A DNA stretch of 63,949 bases, the filler included, from Octopus bimaculoides (Eukaryota): NCBI RefSeq assembly GCF_001194135.2. It is 5 parts of 4 records of this genome, joined end to end, with 100 filler letters (N's around TTAATTAATTAA, not from the genome) between each part and the next. Parts side by side here need not be neighbours in the genome. Positions count along the whole stretch, not along the records: positions 31,345 to 42,452 come from NC_068989.1; positions 42,553 to 55,054 come from NC_068985.1; 3 more parts are not named here. One strand, written 5' to 3'. Within the stretch, counting starts at the first letter, position 1, and each line of letters opens with the position of its first letter. Of this stretch, positions 35,105-48,299 are shown one piece after another. The position numbers and the translations under genes were made by a program. The notes below the pieces were generated by a model. It saw only the letters and a program-made list of their open reading frames with translations, did no database searches and was not told the DNA's origin.

Positions 35105-36062
35105 ACTTTTCTAATATAGTTATGTTGAAAAACTTCTATTAGCTGACTTGATCCATGCAATCAGATGATATAACTCCCTCTGGTGGGGCAAAGTTAAAGA
35201 AAAAAAATTAGAAACAAAGAGTAAGGGAGATGATTCCAATAAAATCAGTTGATTAAAATTGTTGGACACCATATATTGGCGTGGATCTAGTCTTTAATGC
35301 CAATAGTGAAAGCAATGGACATGCTTTGGTCTTATTAGCCCTCTTCAACGAAACATTCTACTCGGTTAACAAAACTCAGAGTCATCAATATATATAAGAA
35401 TTTCTTTTAAAAGATTTTCCCAACTATTCGACAGGTCACGAGGATGCCCCTTCGTATAATTGCTGTTATTATTATTTAGTCTCAGGTCAACCTGACTGAG
35501 TTGACCTATTGTCAAAGGCATTCGAGTAGTGACCATCTCGCCAATGAAAAATACTCTACCTGATCCCTCAATCATTTTAGAAATAACAACCAAATCTTCC
35601 TCAAATCACAGCCTAATGACTTAAAATCTGAAGGATACTAACAATAATGTGGTTCCAAATATACAGAAAGACGGGATGGTCACTACACGAACACTTTTGA
35701 TGATATATACTAAGTGTTATATACCAATCATTGTTATATATTATAGTCAGATACTAGTATTATAAAACAGCGGGTTTCATATTTCCATGATTTCTTTTTC
35801 TCAACATAAAAAATAAGGGTTTAATGGTTAAGTAAGGTTACAAGTTGTGTTTAATAGAAATATATTAGCGAACCCCAGTAGTTTCTTGCTTGTTTGTTTT
35901 GTTGTTTTTTTTAATCACTACATTTAACTGTATTTTGGCCGCCGTTCTGTATCGTAAGTCAGTTGCTACGCAGTGTTCGATGTTCTAACAAGGAATCTAT
36001 GTTAAGTTGGATATAATGATTACCTTTTGGTATGAATACTGCTTTCGTCGCGAATAATTCAC

Positions 36063-36064
36063 AT

Positions 36065-36115
<51 letters not shown>

Positions 36116-36180
36116 GATAGATAGATAGATAGGTAGATAGATATTATATTATACTGTACATATGTGTGTTTGTGTGTGTG

Positions 36181-36240
<60 letters not shown>
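36063..36240. repeat. (ATAG)n followed by (TG)n microsatellites
   Basis: Direct reading. Confidence 0.95.
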
Positions 36241-36460
36241 TCCCCCACCTTCTGACAACCGATATTGGTTTGTTTACATTCCTGTGACCCAGCGGTTCGG
36301 CAATTAAGTTTAACAGAATAAATAGCAGGTTCTCTTTTTTTTTTTTAAATAAATAAATAATAAGTCTTGGGGTCGATTTGTTAGACTAAAACCCTTCAAG
36401 GCAGTGCTCCAGCATGGCCGCAGTCTAATGACGGAAACAAGTAAAAGGTAAAAGATGAGA
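36241..36460 (+). mobile_element. SINE type A, 3' part
   Basis: cagcggttcggc...gcagtgctccagcatggccgcagtc. Confidence 0.75.
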
Positions 36461-36935
36461 TAATAAAGAGAAAATAGTGTTGGTGTATTATTGGCAGAGA
36501 TACTTAGTGAGTGACTCCATATATCTCAGATATGAAGAATCGTGAATTGGTACTCCGACATTGGTTCATGGTTTCCTTGGGTTAAACCCTAAATTCTCCC
36601 ACCATTCCCCAAAACTTAGTGAAAACTGAACTATTGTGGTTCATATCCCAGCAGCAGCAGCTGTTTTTACAGTCTCGATTGCTAAGTCACATTTGCTGGC
36701 TTACTTCACAGTTCATTTCTATAATGATCGGGAGCATCTTGTAACTTGCTGAGTGTTTAATCAACTGCTGTCTGACTTTCAGTTCATCCTTCGAGCCTGA
36801 AGGCAAGCGGAGATTAGCCGTCTCGGTCAGACTGGCCATTGGATCAGGTCAATGGTTTTTCTTTTCCTTCTTTTTTTCTCTTTTTTTTTTTTTTTGTAGT
36901 GAGTGACCTACAACTTTCTATATATCGGAATATAC

Positions 36936-37124
36936 GTTGTTGTTGTTGGCACTCCGTCGCTTACGACGTCGAGGGTTCCAGTTGATCCAATCAACAGAAC
37001 AGCCTGCTCGTGAAATTAACATGCAAGTGGCTGAGCACTCCACAGACACATGTACCCTTAACGTAATTCTCGGGGATATTCAGCGTGACACAGTGTGACA
37101 AGGCCGACCCTTTGAATTACAGGC
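36936..37124 (-). mobile_element. SINE type B, 3' half
   Basis: gttgttgttggcactccgtcgcttacgacgtcgaggg...; runs into a gap. Confidence 0.9.
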
Positions 37125-38169
37125 NNNNNNNNNNNNNNNNNNNNNNNNNNNNNNNNNNNNNNNNNNNNNNNNNNNNNNNNNNNNNNNNNNNNNNNNNNNN
37201 NNNNNNNNNNNNNNNNNNNNNNNNNNNNNNNNNNNNNNNNNNNNNNNNNNNNNNNNNNNNNNNNNNNNNNNNNNNNNNNNNNNNNNNNNNNNNNNNNNNN
37301 NNNNNNNNNNNNNNNNNNNNNNNNNNNNNNNNNNNNNNNNNNNNNNNNNNNNNNNNNNNNNNNNNNNNNNNNNNNNNNNNNNNNNNNNNNNNNNNNNNNN
37401 NNNNNNNNNNNNNNNNNNNNNNNNNNNNNNNNNNNNNNNNNNNNNNNNNNNNNNNAATATATGCAGCAATCTTTACAATAATGTATCAACAGCATATAAC
37501 CACCTATCCAAAGAACTATGCAATGATATACATTGTGTGTGTATGTGTGTGTGTGCGTGCGTGCGTGCGTGCGTGCGTGCGTGTGTGCGTGCGTGCGTGC
37601 GTGCGTGCGTGCGAATGTGTGTGTGAGTGTGTGTATGAGGATGTGCACGCACGTGCGCTTAGATGCATGGATGGCTTCACCGTCGATTTTGATGAATGAC
37701 CGTCTAATTGTTCGATTAACTGGATTACCTACTCATTGAATTAGCGTACGAGGTGGCTGAGTATTCCGCAAGCATGTGCATCCTTTATGTAATTGATTCT
37801 CCAATAGAATCAGCGCGACACAAGATTCAAAAGGTTAGAACTTAGAATTTACAAGTACGGGATTACTGCGAAATATGGCTGCGAAATAAACTTCTTAACC
37901 CCTCAACCATGCGTACATCCACACACATACATTCGTACACGCTCACGCACACACATTCATACATGTATATATATACATACACCTATGGATGGAGAGATAT
38001 GTATGGTTATACACTCACACACAACAGACCATCTATTGAATCCATCTTTCACTGACACATATCATTAAGATATCTCATTAGACCACGAGATATTCTACGA
38101 AGGTAACGATATTCTATGTAACATCAGAAGATAACAACTCGGTGACTGTGACTCGAAACTAAATAAATA

Positions 38170-38352
38170 TTGGTTTCAAATTTTAGCACCAGGCCAGCAA
38201 TTTCCGGGGAGAGAGTAAACTGATTTTATCGATCAGAGTGCTCAACTGGTACTTATTTTATCGAAAGTATGAAAGGTAAAATCGACCTCGGCGGAATTTT
38301 ACTCAGAACGTAAAGACGGGGAAAATTCCACTAAGTATTTTTCCTGGCGTGC
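38170..38352 (-). mobile_element. SINE type C
   Basis: ggtacttattttatcgaaagtatgaaaggtaaaatcgacctcggcggaattttactcagaacg. Confidence 0.8.
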
Positions 38353-38889
38353 TAAAAACCAAATAGCTATTGATACGACCGAGATTGCGACATATTTTCT
38401 CAGCAGAGCGGGCTGGATTCCAAATAAACCGACAGGTCAGCAGATCGTACCCTGTGAACGTCGCTATACTGTATCTGTATAGCTTACTAATAGTAATTAA
38501 ATAACACAGTGCAGAAGGATGTCACTATAAGCAGCAGCACTGTGTTCAGTTGTGCGTGTGAGTCTGAAGAAGCTGCCGCAAGTGTGTGCCTCTCGCCACA
38601 GTCCACCGCTCTTATCATTCGGCCTTGGTTTTGAATTTAGACTCTGGTCCTAATTACAGTCAGGGCTTGAAGGTATGTGGTTTAATCAGTGATAGAAGAG
38701 CAGTGACCATAACGATTTGCAGGACCTACTATAAAAGTGGTGATAGTTTGAGATTGAAATGAGGCAACTGGGCGCTGCTGTTTGGAAGATGACAATTTGG
38801 CACGGCTGACTTGGTATTCAGCCTGTTTTGGCGATTATGTTTTGGCTCTGGAGGCAATCATACACACATACACACGTGCGCGCGTAGAA

Positions 38890-38924
<35 letters not shown>

Positions 38925-39009
38925 GAGAGATATGGAGAGAGAGGAGGGGAAAGAGAGACATTACACATACATACAAACATAACTAGATGCTCATACGCAC
39001 AAACAGAGA

Positions 39010-41400
39010 GAGGGGGAGAACGAGAGAAACATTAAAACGCCTGTCGTCAAATAAGTCAGCGTCGAATCTGCGGCACCAAATAGACGGCACCAAAATGGCT
39101 GTGCAAAAACGTCTCATACCCACATGGGATTGTATGAGCAAACCTTCAGAAGTGGAAAGCACGGGGAAGAAACATGATTCCAAAAACAACTGACTTACTA
39201 TTGCGCATAACTAACTGACGTTTGCCAATAAATTTTCAACAGAGATGTAAATATACCAAGCTGGTTGGTATTGGTGTAAAATTGGTATAACAAAACAAAA
39301 CATCGATGAATTATTGGCCTGTTGTAAATGTCAGAATCTGCTTAACAGGATCACTGTGAGAGCAACAATTTCATCATGACCAAGCAAGGAGCTGGGAAGA
39401 AATGAGTTTGAGAATGTGCTTAGTAGCTTCTAATAATCGAAACTGTAATGTCAGATGTGTGATGGCATAGGAGCGATTTTTTGCAGTCTGATTGGATTTT
39501 AAAATGCAGCGGATTCTATTCTCCACTTGGGTACCAACTCTTTTGCACGCGAATGTTCCAGAGACCATAATCAAAGTCAGACAATTTGGTTTCATCCTGG
39601 GCCTCCACCCTGAAGTTATATACAAGAAATTATACAATGCAGAGGTATATTTCAAAACAGGTGTATATTTCAAGTCTCTCTGTAATGCTATTAACACTTT
39701 CAGAGAATCCCTTATCATTTTTATTCAAGAAATCTGAACGGGTTATTATTGCCCCACAAGAAGGCAGAAACATCAATTTGTCCCATAGTTTCTTTGTAGA
39801 TTACCTGAAAGTAAATGGTCCCTACAAATATGAACACGCGGAAGAGTCTTGCCCTTAAGATATACTCAAAGGTTATAAAGAAGAAGCTTGTCCAAGATCA
39901 ATGTTTCAACCTGGTTGTAAAAGGAGGAACAACTACAAGCCAATCTAGGAGCATCTTTATAACGGCCTAGCTCTAAAATCTGACTAGGAATACTATAGGC
40001 ACTCAGAGACGGATGAAAATTTATCCTACTATGGACTTGTAACAAAGAATGTGTAACCAGGCATATAATATTCAGAGTTTAAAAAATATAGTCGTCAGAT
40101 AATTATACAAGGTGTCCACAAGGTATGGGTACATGGAGTAAATAAAATCATAACATAAACAATTAAATATAAGAAATAATAATTTCTTAAAGTATGTATT
40201 AATCCTATGTACCCAGACTTTGTGGACACCCTGTATAATTATCCACAATGTGTTTACTGAACCAGTACTCATATCAACATTTGGATAATTTAATTGAACA
40301 TTAGAGGATATCCAGATCTTTCATGTTAAAACCGCCAGATATCTCCACATCAATAGTGACAATGATTGTCTCTACCTACAACGAAAACAAAGCAGTCTTA
40401 ACGTTGATTCAAATAGAGTGTGAATGTCATATCATATTCCTTTGACAACATCTAATAACCACTACGTGTCGAAGAACATCCATAGATCAAGTCTCCATAC
40501 ATGAGACAAATAGCATCATGAGAGTTAGAAAGAAGCTCATCGGAAAGTGTTACCTGACTGATGACCAGGGATACTCACCAAGGGAAGTTGCACAATTCTA
40601 CCATAATAGAACATCTGATGAAAAACTTTATACTCATCAACAGAAGGTAATGAATCGCTATGTTGCCAGAAAGTTTCAAAGTGACAGTAACATAGATAAA
40701 CAAAGTAGTCTATCTTGTACCAACAGCTTGTACATTAGCTCCTACTTTCGAGGATATACTTTTGCAATATAGGGAAGAGAAATTACGACACAATACTTAA
40801 TGCAAAAATAAGATTAAGATGCAGATATAAAAATCTAGATGTAACAACCGAAGCAAGTTATGTGGATTAACACCAAAGATGTGACGCACATTATAAATAC
40901 AACGTAATCACAATACTATCTACCTGTAGGGCAGTATGTCGTGGCCAAAACAGTATAAATGCAGTCCATAGAAAGATGATCAAGATATAAAAGGTTATAG
41001 TGATGTAGAGGGTATACTCACCCATAATGTGGAATAATACCGGTTGAATATTCCTGTCAAAGCCTTTGTAACATGTACGCATAACAGACCAGATATAATA
41101 GTCTGGGACAGAGAAAAGAAAGTAACACAGTTGTAGATGTCAGTTGTCCAGCAGACGTTAATATAATATTAAGGATGACAGCAGTAGAAAACCTCTATAC
41201 CGAACTCACGAGAAATCTGCAGATCCTCCACCCGGACAATAGTTTTAGACTTATACAGGTAGTTAACAAATTGCTTCAACACCAATCTCTAGGAACTAAG
41301 CTTCACAAAACCAGAAAGACACGGCTAATTTAAAAATTACAGTTGTGATCCAATAATAAAATTGTGGAAATATGTAAGACATCTCAGAAGTTTCATATTT
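39010..41400 (+). pseudogene. Long decayed R4/Dong-like (RLE) LINE: RT, CCHC and restriction-like endonuclease regions
   Basis: Fragments GRNMIPK, DFKNAADSILH, YISSYFRGYTFAI, DVTHII...YYLP...VVAKTV, HNRPDIIVWDREKK and VVDVSCPADVN occur in the expected order, with many stops and frameshifts. Confidence 0.75.
40108..40233. mobile_element. 126-bp MITE inserted into the R4 relic
   Basis: Inverted-orientation copy of 31934-32060; TA on both sides. Confidence 0.9.
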
Positions 41401-42233
41401 AATAGATAAACATACTCACGTATATACATACACAAAGGTAAATCAAAAGATACAGATATGTATGCATAAAACCAAAGATCATACCCTCTCTTTCTAGAGT
41501 AAGGATCCAGTACTGTAATACCTTAGGGTTCAAGGGTCTATAGCTTTTCAATATCATGCAACAACAAAAAACTGTCATATCGGTATAGACCAACGTCATG
41601 AGTTGGGTACTTTAGATCTCTGTGTTGAACCCACAAAGTCACAAACTTTAGCACTATCGTACGACCCCATAGATACATCACATAGTTCATCATTATGCGA
41701 CTTTACCTATGCTAATCCTTTACTAAACAGTAGTGTTTTCCTCGCATGCCTGATAAAACCTAGGTCTACAGGGCCAATATCAACATATGATTTAGCAAAC
41801 TCAATGACTTATCTAGCAACGATTTAGTTATAGAAGGATAAAATCTATGTCAAACTGGGTGAATTTAATCTTATTCTTAATATTCTTAAACCAATTTATT
41901 ACAGTAAAATTGTTATTCCATCGTAGAAGCCCAATAATTTCTCTAATTTTATTATTAATGTTTCTTAGTATTTTTTTTAGTTACTTACCCAGTTTCAGAT
42001 CTCGCTGAGTTTAACAATCTACAGAAAGGGTTATCGTGAAAATTATGTTTATGGTCTTTTAAAGTAATAAGTAATAATAATTAACGGAATTTATAAATAT
42101 TTTAATGTGCGTTTTCACAAATCACATGTTTCTTAAGATCATAGTCCATATTCCTGGGATGATTACAGTGCAATCCGTAGTATCCATGGACATCGGGCAG
42201 ATCATGTTCATGCATTCGTTTCTTCGGAATATC

Positions 42234-42301
<68 letters not shown>

Positions 42302-42452
42302 CATTACTATTATTACTACTACTACTATATTTATCCTACATTATATCGGCACAGCTCGGTACGACCCTAAAAAACTAGCATCGCCAGTTGGCATCATTAG
42401 GTTGTAGCCGGCATAATAGAATAGGAGTTTTTATATGAATATTCAAAACGAT

Positions 42453-42552
42453 NNNNNNNNNNNNNNNNNNNNNNNNNNNNNNNNNNNNNNNNNNNNTTAA
42501 TTAATTAANNNNNNNNNNNNNNNNNNNNNNNNNNNNNNNNNNNNNNNNNNNN
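42453..42552. other. Artificial scaffold linker
   Basis: N44-TTAATTAATTAA-N44. Confidence 0.95.
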
Positions 42553-42807
42553 GAAGTTCAAAAGATAGTGCTCATGGGAACTGCCCATATCCTACGTAAA
42601 ATACTGTCTATGTGATCTCAAATTTTAAAGCAAACTCATAATTTTCTTATGGTTTCTTAAACATTCGCTAGAACAAAACTGTACAAATCCAGATATATGG
42701 TACCCTAGGCATAACACCTACATGAACTTCTAACTTGTTGTCTCTTGAGGTCTCTGGGTGAGACTTGGATCCAACTTGTACAAATGCAAAACAAAAGTCA
42801 AACATAA

Positions 42808-42887
<80 letters not shown>

Positions 42888-42900
42888 CAACAACAACAAC
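42553..42900 (+). mobile_element. R4/Dong-like LINE 3' end with (TAA)n(CAA)n tail
   Basis: EVQKIVLMGTAHILRKILSM-stop, 3' UTR and long (TAA)n; 4 differences in 175 bp from the copy at 62890-63064. Confidence 0.85.
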
Positions 42901-42949
42901 ACCGAAAAATACCTTAGGAACGAGAACCCAGGTTCGAAATTTCCCGAAG

Positions 42950-42995
42950 GTACCCGATGAAGGCTGGACGGTGTATCAACCGAAACGTTATGTTA
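42950..42995 (+). ncRNA. Decayed hammerhead-like motif (Penelope-like)
   Basis: CCGATGA a GGCTG gacggtgtat CAACC GAAAC GTT; U4 replaced by C and stem I broken. Confidence 0.45.
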
Positions 42996-45900
42996 ACAAA
43001 CAAGAAGGGGACAAATATCCGTCAAATGTAAATAATGTAAATAATTTCCATTCATGTACTGGCATATAGTTGAAAAATACAACTGTCACTTGTGTGCCAT
43101 TTTGTTTGCTTAATAGCACTTTAATTCTTAAATAACTAAAGACACATATCTTGATTTTTTGAATAACTCAATCGTTACGTTCTCTTAAATTGAACGTTAT
43201 ACAGCTCCTCTCTTTCTATGCTCATAATGCCGCACAGCGTATCACTTTCTACGAACATAATGCTAAGGTAAAACAATATATTCTTGATATATTGTTGGCG
43301 TTATATTCTTATCTTGAATCTAGAAAATGAAATGCCTGTAGGACAAGAATCATGATGAGATTGATTTTTTCTATCAGGGTAAACTAAATTGACCTTTCCT
43401 TGCAGGACAATTTGCCACAAAACTTTCTGGGAAATTTGCTGTTTTCTTGGATATTTCTGCTTGAATAATCATGTAAATGATCTAATGTCAATATCAATTG
43501 GATTCTACTGTAATGTTCCTCAAAGCTATGCCTCTAAATCTCTAGATCTACAGAAAATGAACATTTTTCAACATTCATGTAGCCTATTATTGTTCCTTTA
43601 ATTAATTTTTTTTACAATGATATCAATTAAGAATGTTTCAAATGTTCTTCATCAGAGTTAGAAGTGAATTGATCATTATCTTTTGGTATTTCTCACTCTC
43701 CTTATTTTCTCTACACACTTTATTTCCATTAGGAGGTTCGGGTTTAGCTTTTTGGTTGATCTAATCAAAATCATATCAAAGATATGGTAGAAAGTGGGAA
43801 AGTGACGGGTTTAGTTTCCTGTATGTGATAAACATAATATGCTGTTTTTGAAGAAATTTGAATATTTTACGAAACTTTTGCAGAAAACCATTTTAGCATA
43901 TGAGTATCGGATTGTGTATTTATATCACTGTTTACATTCATGTCAAATAATTAGAGTATCGTTTATTTAATGGTAACTAAGGAAAACTAAACTTAAATTA
44001 TAAATTACTTTGATTTATTTGTAAAATTAATATATGGATATATAATTGCATCATTGTCAATCGCATATCGCGTGTCATATCTGATCTGCTCACATAAAGA
44101 ATTAAATTACATCTCAAACAGTGGATATTACTGAAATACAACACTACCATTGAAATGATTTGTAGTCATTTTTTCTTCGTGTCTTCTAAAATGACAATGA
44201 CGTGTAATGATTTAGGATGTTAGAATTGTCTGTCTCATGTTGCAATTTCTATTTGTTTAATGACTTTGTCAGAGGAGATATGACAGCGCCAATGAAAGTT
44301 TTCAGTGCCCCTGAGACTGCTGGGAAGAAGGGAAGAAATAAACTTGTGAATGGAGTCCAGGTCATGTAGTGTGTAACGCAGTGACATCCGCTAAGGCTAC
44401 CCAAGGGCCAGCTGATTGCTTTCAAATGCAGAGTGCTTACATTTTCAATGCGAGAGCGATATCATCTTTCTGGTAAGATTTTACATACTATCCTTCAAAC
44501 AGAATTTGATGAAATATCTACAAAGTGAATTCGACCTAAGACAGCTGACTACAGTGGAAAAGCTAATAACCATTAGCAAGTTTGATCAAAGTTGACCTAG
44601 ATGTACGAAAAAGCAACACCATCATTGTTACATTGTATTATTTCACGTGACGATGTTGCACACGAGTTTGACAGTAGGATATCCTGGTCAACGAGCAGCA
44701 AGTAAATGATTATTCAAGATTTCAAACTAATACAGTCATCATCCACCATCACAATTCTTAATTGTATGGGAATTACATCTGCCTGTTCTCTAGAAGCTTA
44801 TACTTCGCAGCCACAATAGCACAGAAGTCTAGAATTATAGTGAGTCCTTGCTCGCTATGCCGGTTTAAGTCTCCGAGGAGAACGGACGCTTAGTCTTATT
44901 TATAGATTTACTGCAAGAAGTGTCCTACTCCGTACCATTAGACACTGCCTTGCATTATAGTCCAGCACACTACACAACTCTCTCTGAGGTGAGGAATCAA
45001 CATTCGCAGATTCTCTAGACATGCTTGAATTACCGAGCAAACGTCTCTCAAAAAAAAAAAAGAAACCTTTGATGGAAATTCTATTGGTAGAGGTAGCTAA
45101 CAACAACAAAACTATATTAATTTCATAGGGGTTTTGCTACAGACGCTCTAACCGATGAACTATTAAGCAAAAATTATAATGGTAGTTTATACAAATATAA
45201 TAAATGCAGAATGCTTTCAGAAATTTGTAATTTTTCCATCACTACTTCAACTACAATAACAAACAGGGAATAAGCAACAACAGCAATATTGACAATAATG
45301 GACGCACTAGAAATAGTTGTGAATCTCTACTTAATCAATTGGTTTCTTACAAATAGCAGCCACATTTCCATCAAGCACACCCTTTCCTAAAGAAGGTCAT
45401 ATTGAATTATGTCCACCTAGATAGATTCTTCCGGACAAAAGCTGAGTTGAATGCTGTTAGAACGCGTTTTATAAAATATTTGTTCTATCGACTATCAATA
45501 GCGTCTAAACAGAATTCCTACATCCAAAGATATGTATATAATTGCTGGTAATAGTAACTGCATCGATTGAAAATCACACTCAGCCATCATTGAAAAGGAA
45601 GGGTTAATTCAGTAATGTAATCAAACATACACTACGTCAGAATAACAATGAGGATGGTAACGGATAGAACAACTATCAAGACAGTTCTGCTAAATGACTG
45701 CTGAATTAAGAGCTAAAGAAGATAAAAGTGGTATCTTTTTCTGTGATAAATATCTAAAAAACGTAAAGTTTATTGCCAAAAAAGAAATATAACCTGTGAT
45801 GTTATTGCTAAACATTTCACGGAGAGGTTATATTTTTATCTCTTAAAAACATATATACCTATAGGTGATACATCTTTAAGAAACGTCATGTTGTACCCTA

Positions 45901-47369
45901 TGCATTGATATGCATGCATATGTGTCTGAGTGTTATGAATGTTTCTCTTATTTTACTACTGATTTTAAGCAGAAGTGAACAGATTAATGTACGTTTGTCA
46001 TTGCTTTTCCTCTACCAAAGTTTGATATGCATCAGATTCATGTCCCAGCCTCAGAGTCTCATGATTTTGTGAAATAAATTTGAAATTTGTATGGCTAAAA
46101 TTTAAAGAGCATTGTTAGTGTTCCACTTGGAGTTGAAAATATTAGCTAAAGGAGTAATATCAGAGGAAGTTTTCAAATACTTTGGCTTAGATAATACAGT
46201 CATTAACTACTACAATCAAGGAAGGCATAATTCACTAAAACAAACTATTATCTTTTAACAATTACGACCTAACTTCTTCAATTGCTTTTAATACATATAT
46301 GCTTTCCCATCAGCCCAATATTTCTACATCATTAAGATTATTTCTATTGCTTTTAAAGCAAAGATTGTCTAAAGAGGACTTAGTAAAACTGAAACAGAAA
46401 TAATTTCAAATAAACACGATAATGAAGTTACTGCAGTTAAACAAACTTAGTCTCTATAGCGAAGTTGAATAATAAAAGGGAAATGGTAAGGATAAATTCT
46501 AGCTTTTACTGCAGTCCAATTCAATTATCTTTCAATGGCAAATGTGTCAAGCAACAGAAGCTGATTAGAGCCAAAACGTATAAAGCATCTTCTAAGACAG
46601 TTTCAATCACATTAACTGACCAGTTTCGCTGTGTTCTAGTTTGAATATGCTATAAATAGCGAAAAGCTATTAATCATTCTGTGGACAGAAGATGGGTATC
46701 TTTTGAAGATTAGAAACAATTCAAATCGATCCCACTTGTTCTGCACACCGACAGATAAAATCTGTGGGGCAGCAGCTTGGGTTACATACACGGTGAGGCG
46801 GAAATCGAATGTTTGTTTTTTTTTTAAATGGAATAGGTTACATTGCATTTCACACCGTGCAGTGCAATAAGAGTTGAGGAATTAATTCACGTTGTCAGTG
46901 CATTCATTACAATAGATATTAAACTGCGCAGTTTAGCTAAATTCTAGATTGTATACATTGTACAGAAAGATATACGATTCTCTCCGTGGATATAACATAG
47001 AAACCGATTGATACAGGTCTAAAAAAAGACACTTAGTCAGTCTTCGAAGAAACAAACCTTTTGGGAAATTCTTTCACTGTTCACAGACGTAGGGAAATGT
47101 TTGTTTAATAAGACACTGATATACATTACCTTTAAAATCATCTAAAAGTGTTGTGTCATGAATTATGTATTAATATTAAGGTATGCACGTCATTGTGTAT
47201 CTACATTCATTCATACATACGTACATGATCAAAAATGTATTCATACATGCATACATATATTCATACCTGCACACATACATTCATACTTTCATGTCTGCAC
47301 CTATTCGTTTATATAAGGTCATATACTGCGCATAGATATTCTAGGTAACTTTGGATCAATTATCTTTTA

Positions 47370-47800
47370 TTTCTTTACGTTACCAGACTACGGCCATGCT
47401 GGAACACCACCTTGCGTAATTTTAGTTGAATGAGTCAACTCCTTTGCTTCTCTTCTGTTTCCTTTTTTTTATTGAATTCTTGTACTTATTCTAGCGGGTC
47501 TTTTGCAAAACCGCTAAGTTACTGGGATGTAAACACACGAACACAGGTTGTTAGGTGGTGGGTATGTGGGGACAAACACAGGCGCAAACACACACACACT
47601 CACACACATGCACACGCGCGCGCGCACACACGCACATACATATATATATACATACGATGGGCGTCGTATATGTCCACTCACAAAGCTTTGGTCGGCCTGA
47701 ATAGAAGACACTTGCCGAAGATCTCACGCAATGGGAGGGAGTGAACCCGGAATCATGTGGTTGGGAAGAAAACTACTTGCTACACAGTCACACCTACGTC
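47370..47800 (-). mobile_element. SINE type A, full length, diverged
   Basis: cggccatgctggaacacc...gaacccggaatcatgtggttgg...acacagtcacac. Confidence 0.8.
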
Positions 47801-48299
47801 TAGGAATGCAAGAAGCATTTGAAATAAAACTATATTTATATAATAACCTGTACTATCACAAACAGAAAACACGTAAATATGTATTCATATCAAAAATATC
47901 TTCTGACACTAGGGTTTCTATAGAATAACCTTGCTTCTGATGGCAAAATCAAACTAACAACTAAAGAACGTACTCAGTCAGTAAACATAAGACTCTGCGT
48001 TAGCTATCTTTGCGTGTCTGTATGTGTGTGTGTCTATGTATATGCCTGTGTGCTTATGTTTGTCAATAAAACTGGTAAAATCTGCCTCAAATGCATTACA
48101 CGTGAATGTATTTCGGTTTGCGAGCTCCATATAAGCAACTGAGAATTGAAATCTCATATGGACAGGACAGTTTGCTGCAAGAAACCTTCAACTAAAGTGA
48201 AACGCACATGTGTATGAGAGTGTATGCGCGTGCATTGGTGGATGTGCATGTCTCTTTAAGTATACACACAGTTAAATCCATTCTCTTCTGCCCGTACGC

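Noticed and set aside
38503-38546. pre-miRNA hairpin
   Set aside because: Only 10 contiguous pairs; too short for a canonical precursor.
41603-41827. ORFs 41603-41827 and 13412-13651 as host genes
   Set aside because: No recognisable motifs; lengths are compatible with chance.
43625-43660. Minus-strand CTGATGAAGAACATTTGAAAC as a hammerhead
   Set aside because: Stems I-III do not pair; at most an unrecognisable relic.
44273-44472. Exon ending at CTG/GTAAGA
   Set aside because: The 200-nt version has stops in all frames; the 41-nt version rests on splice motifs alone.
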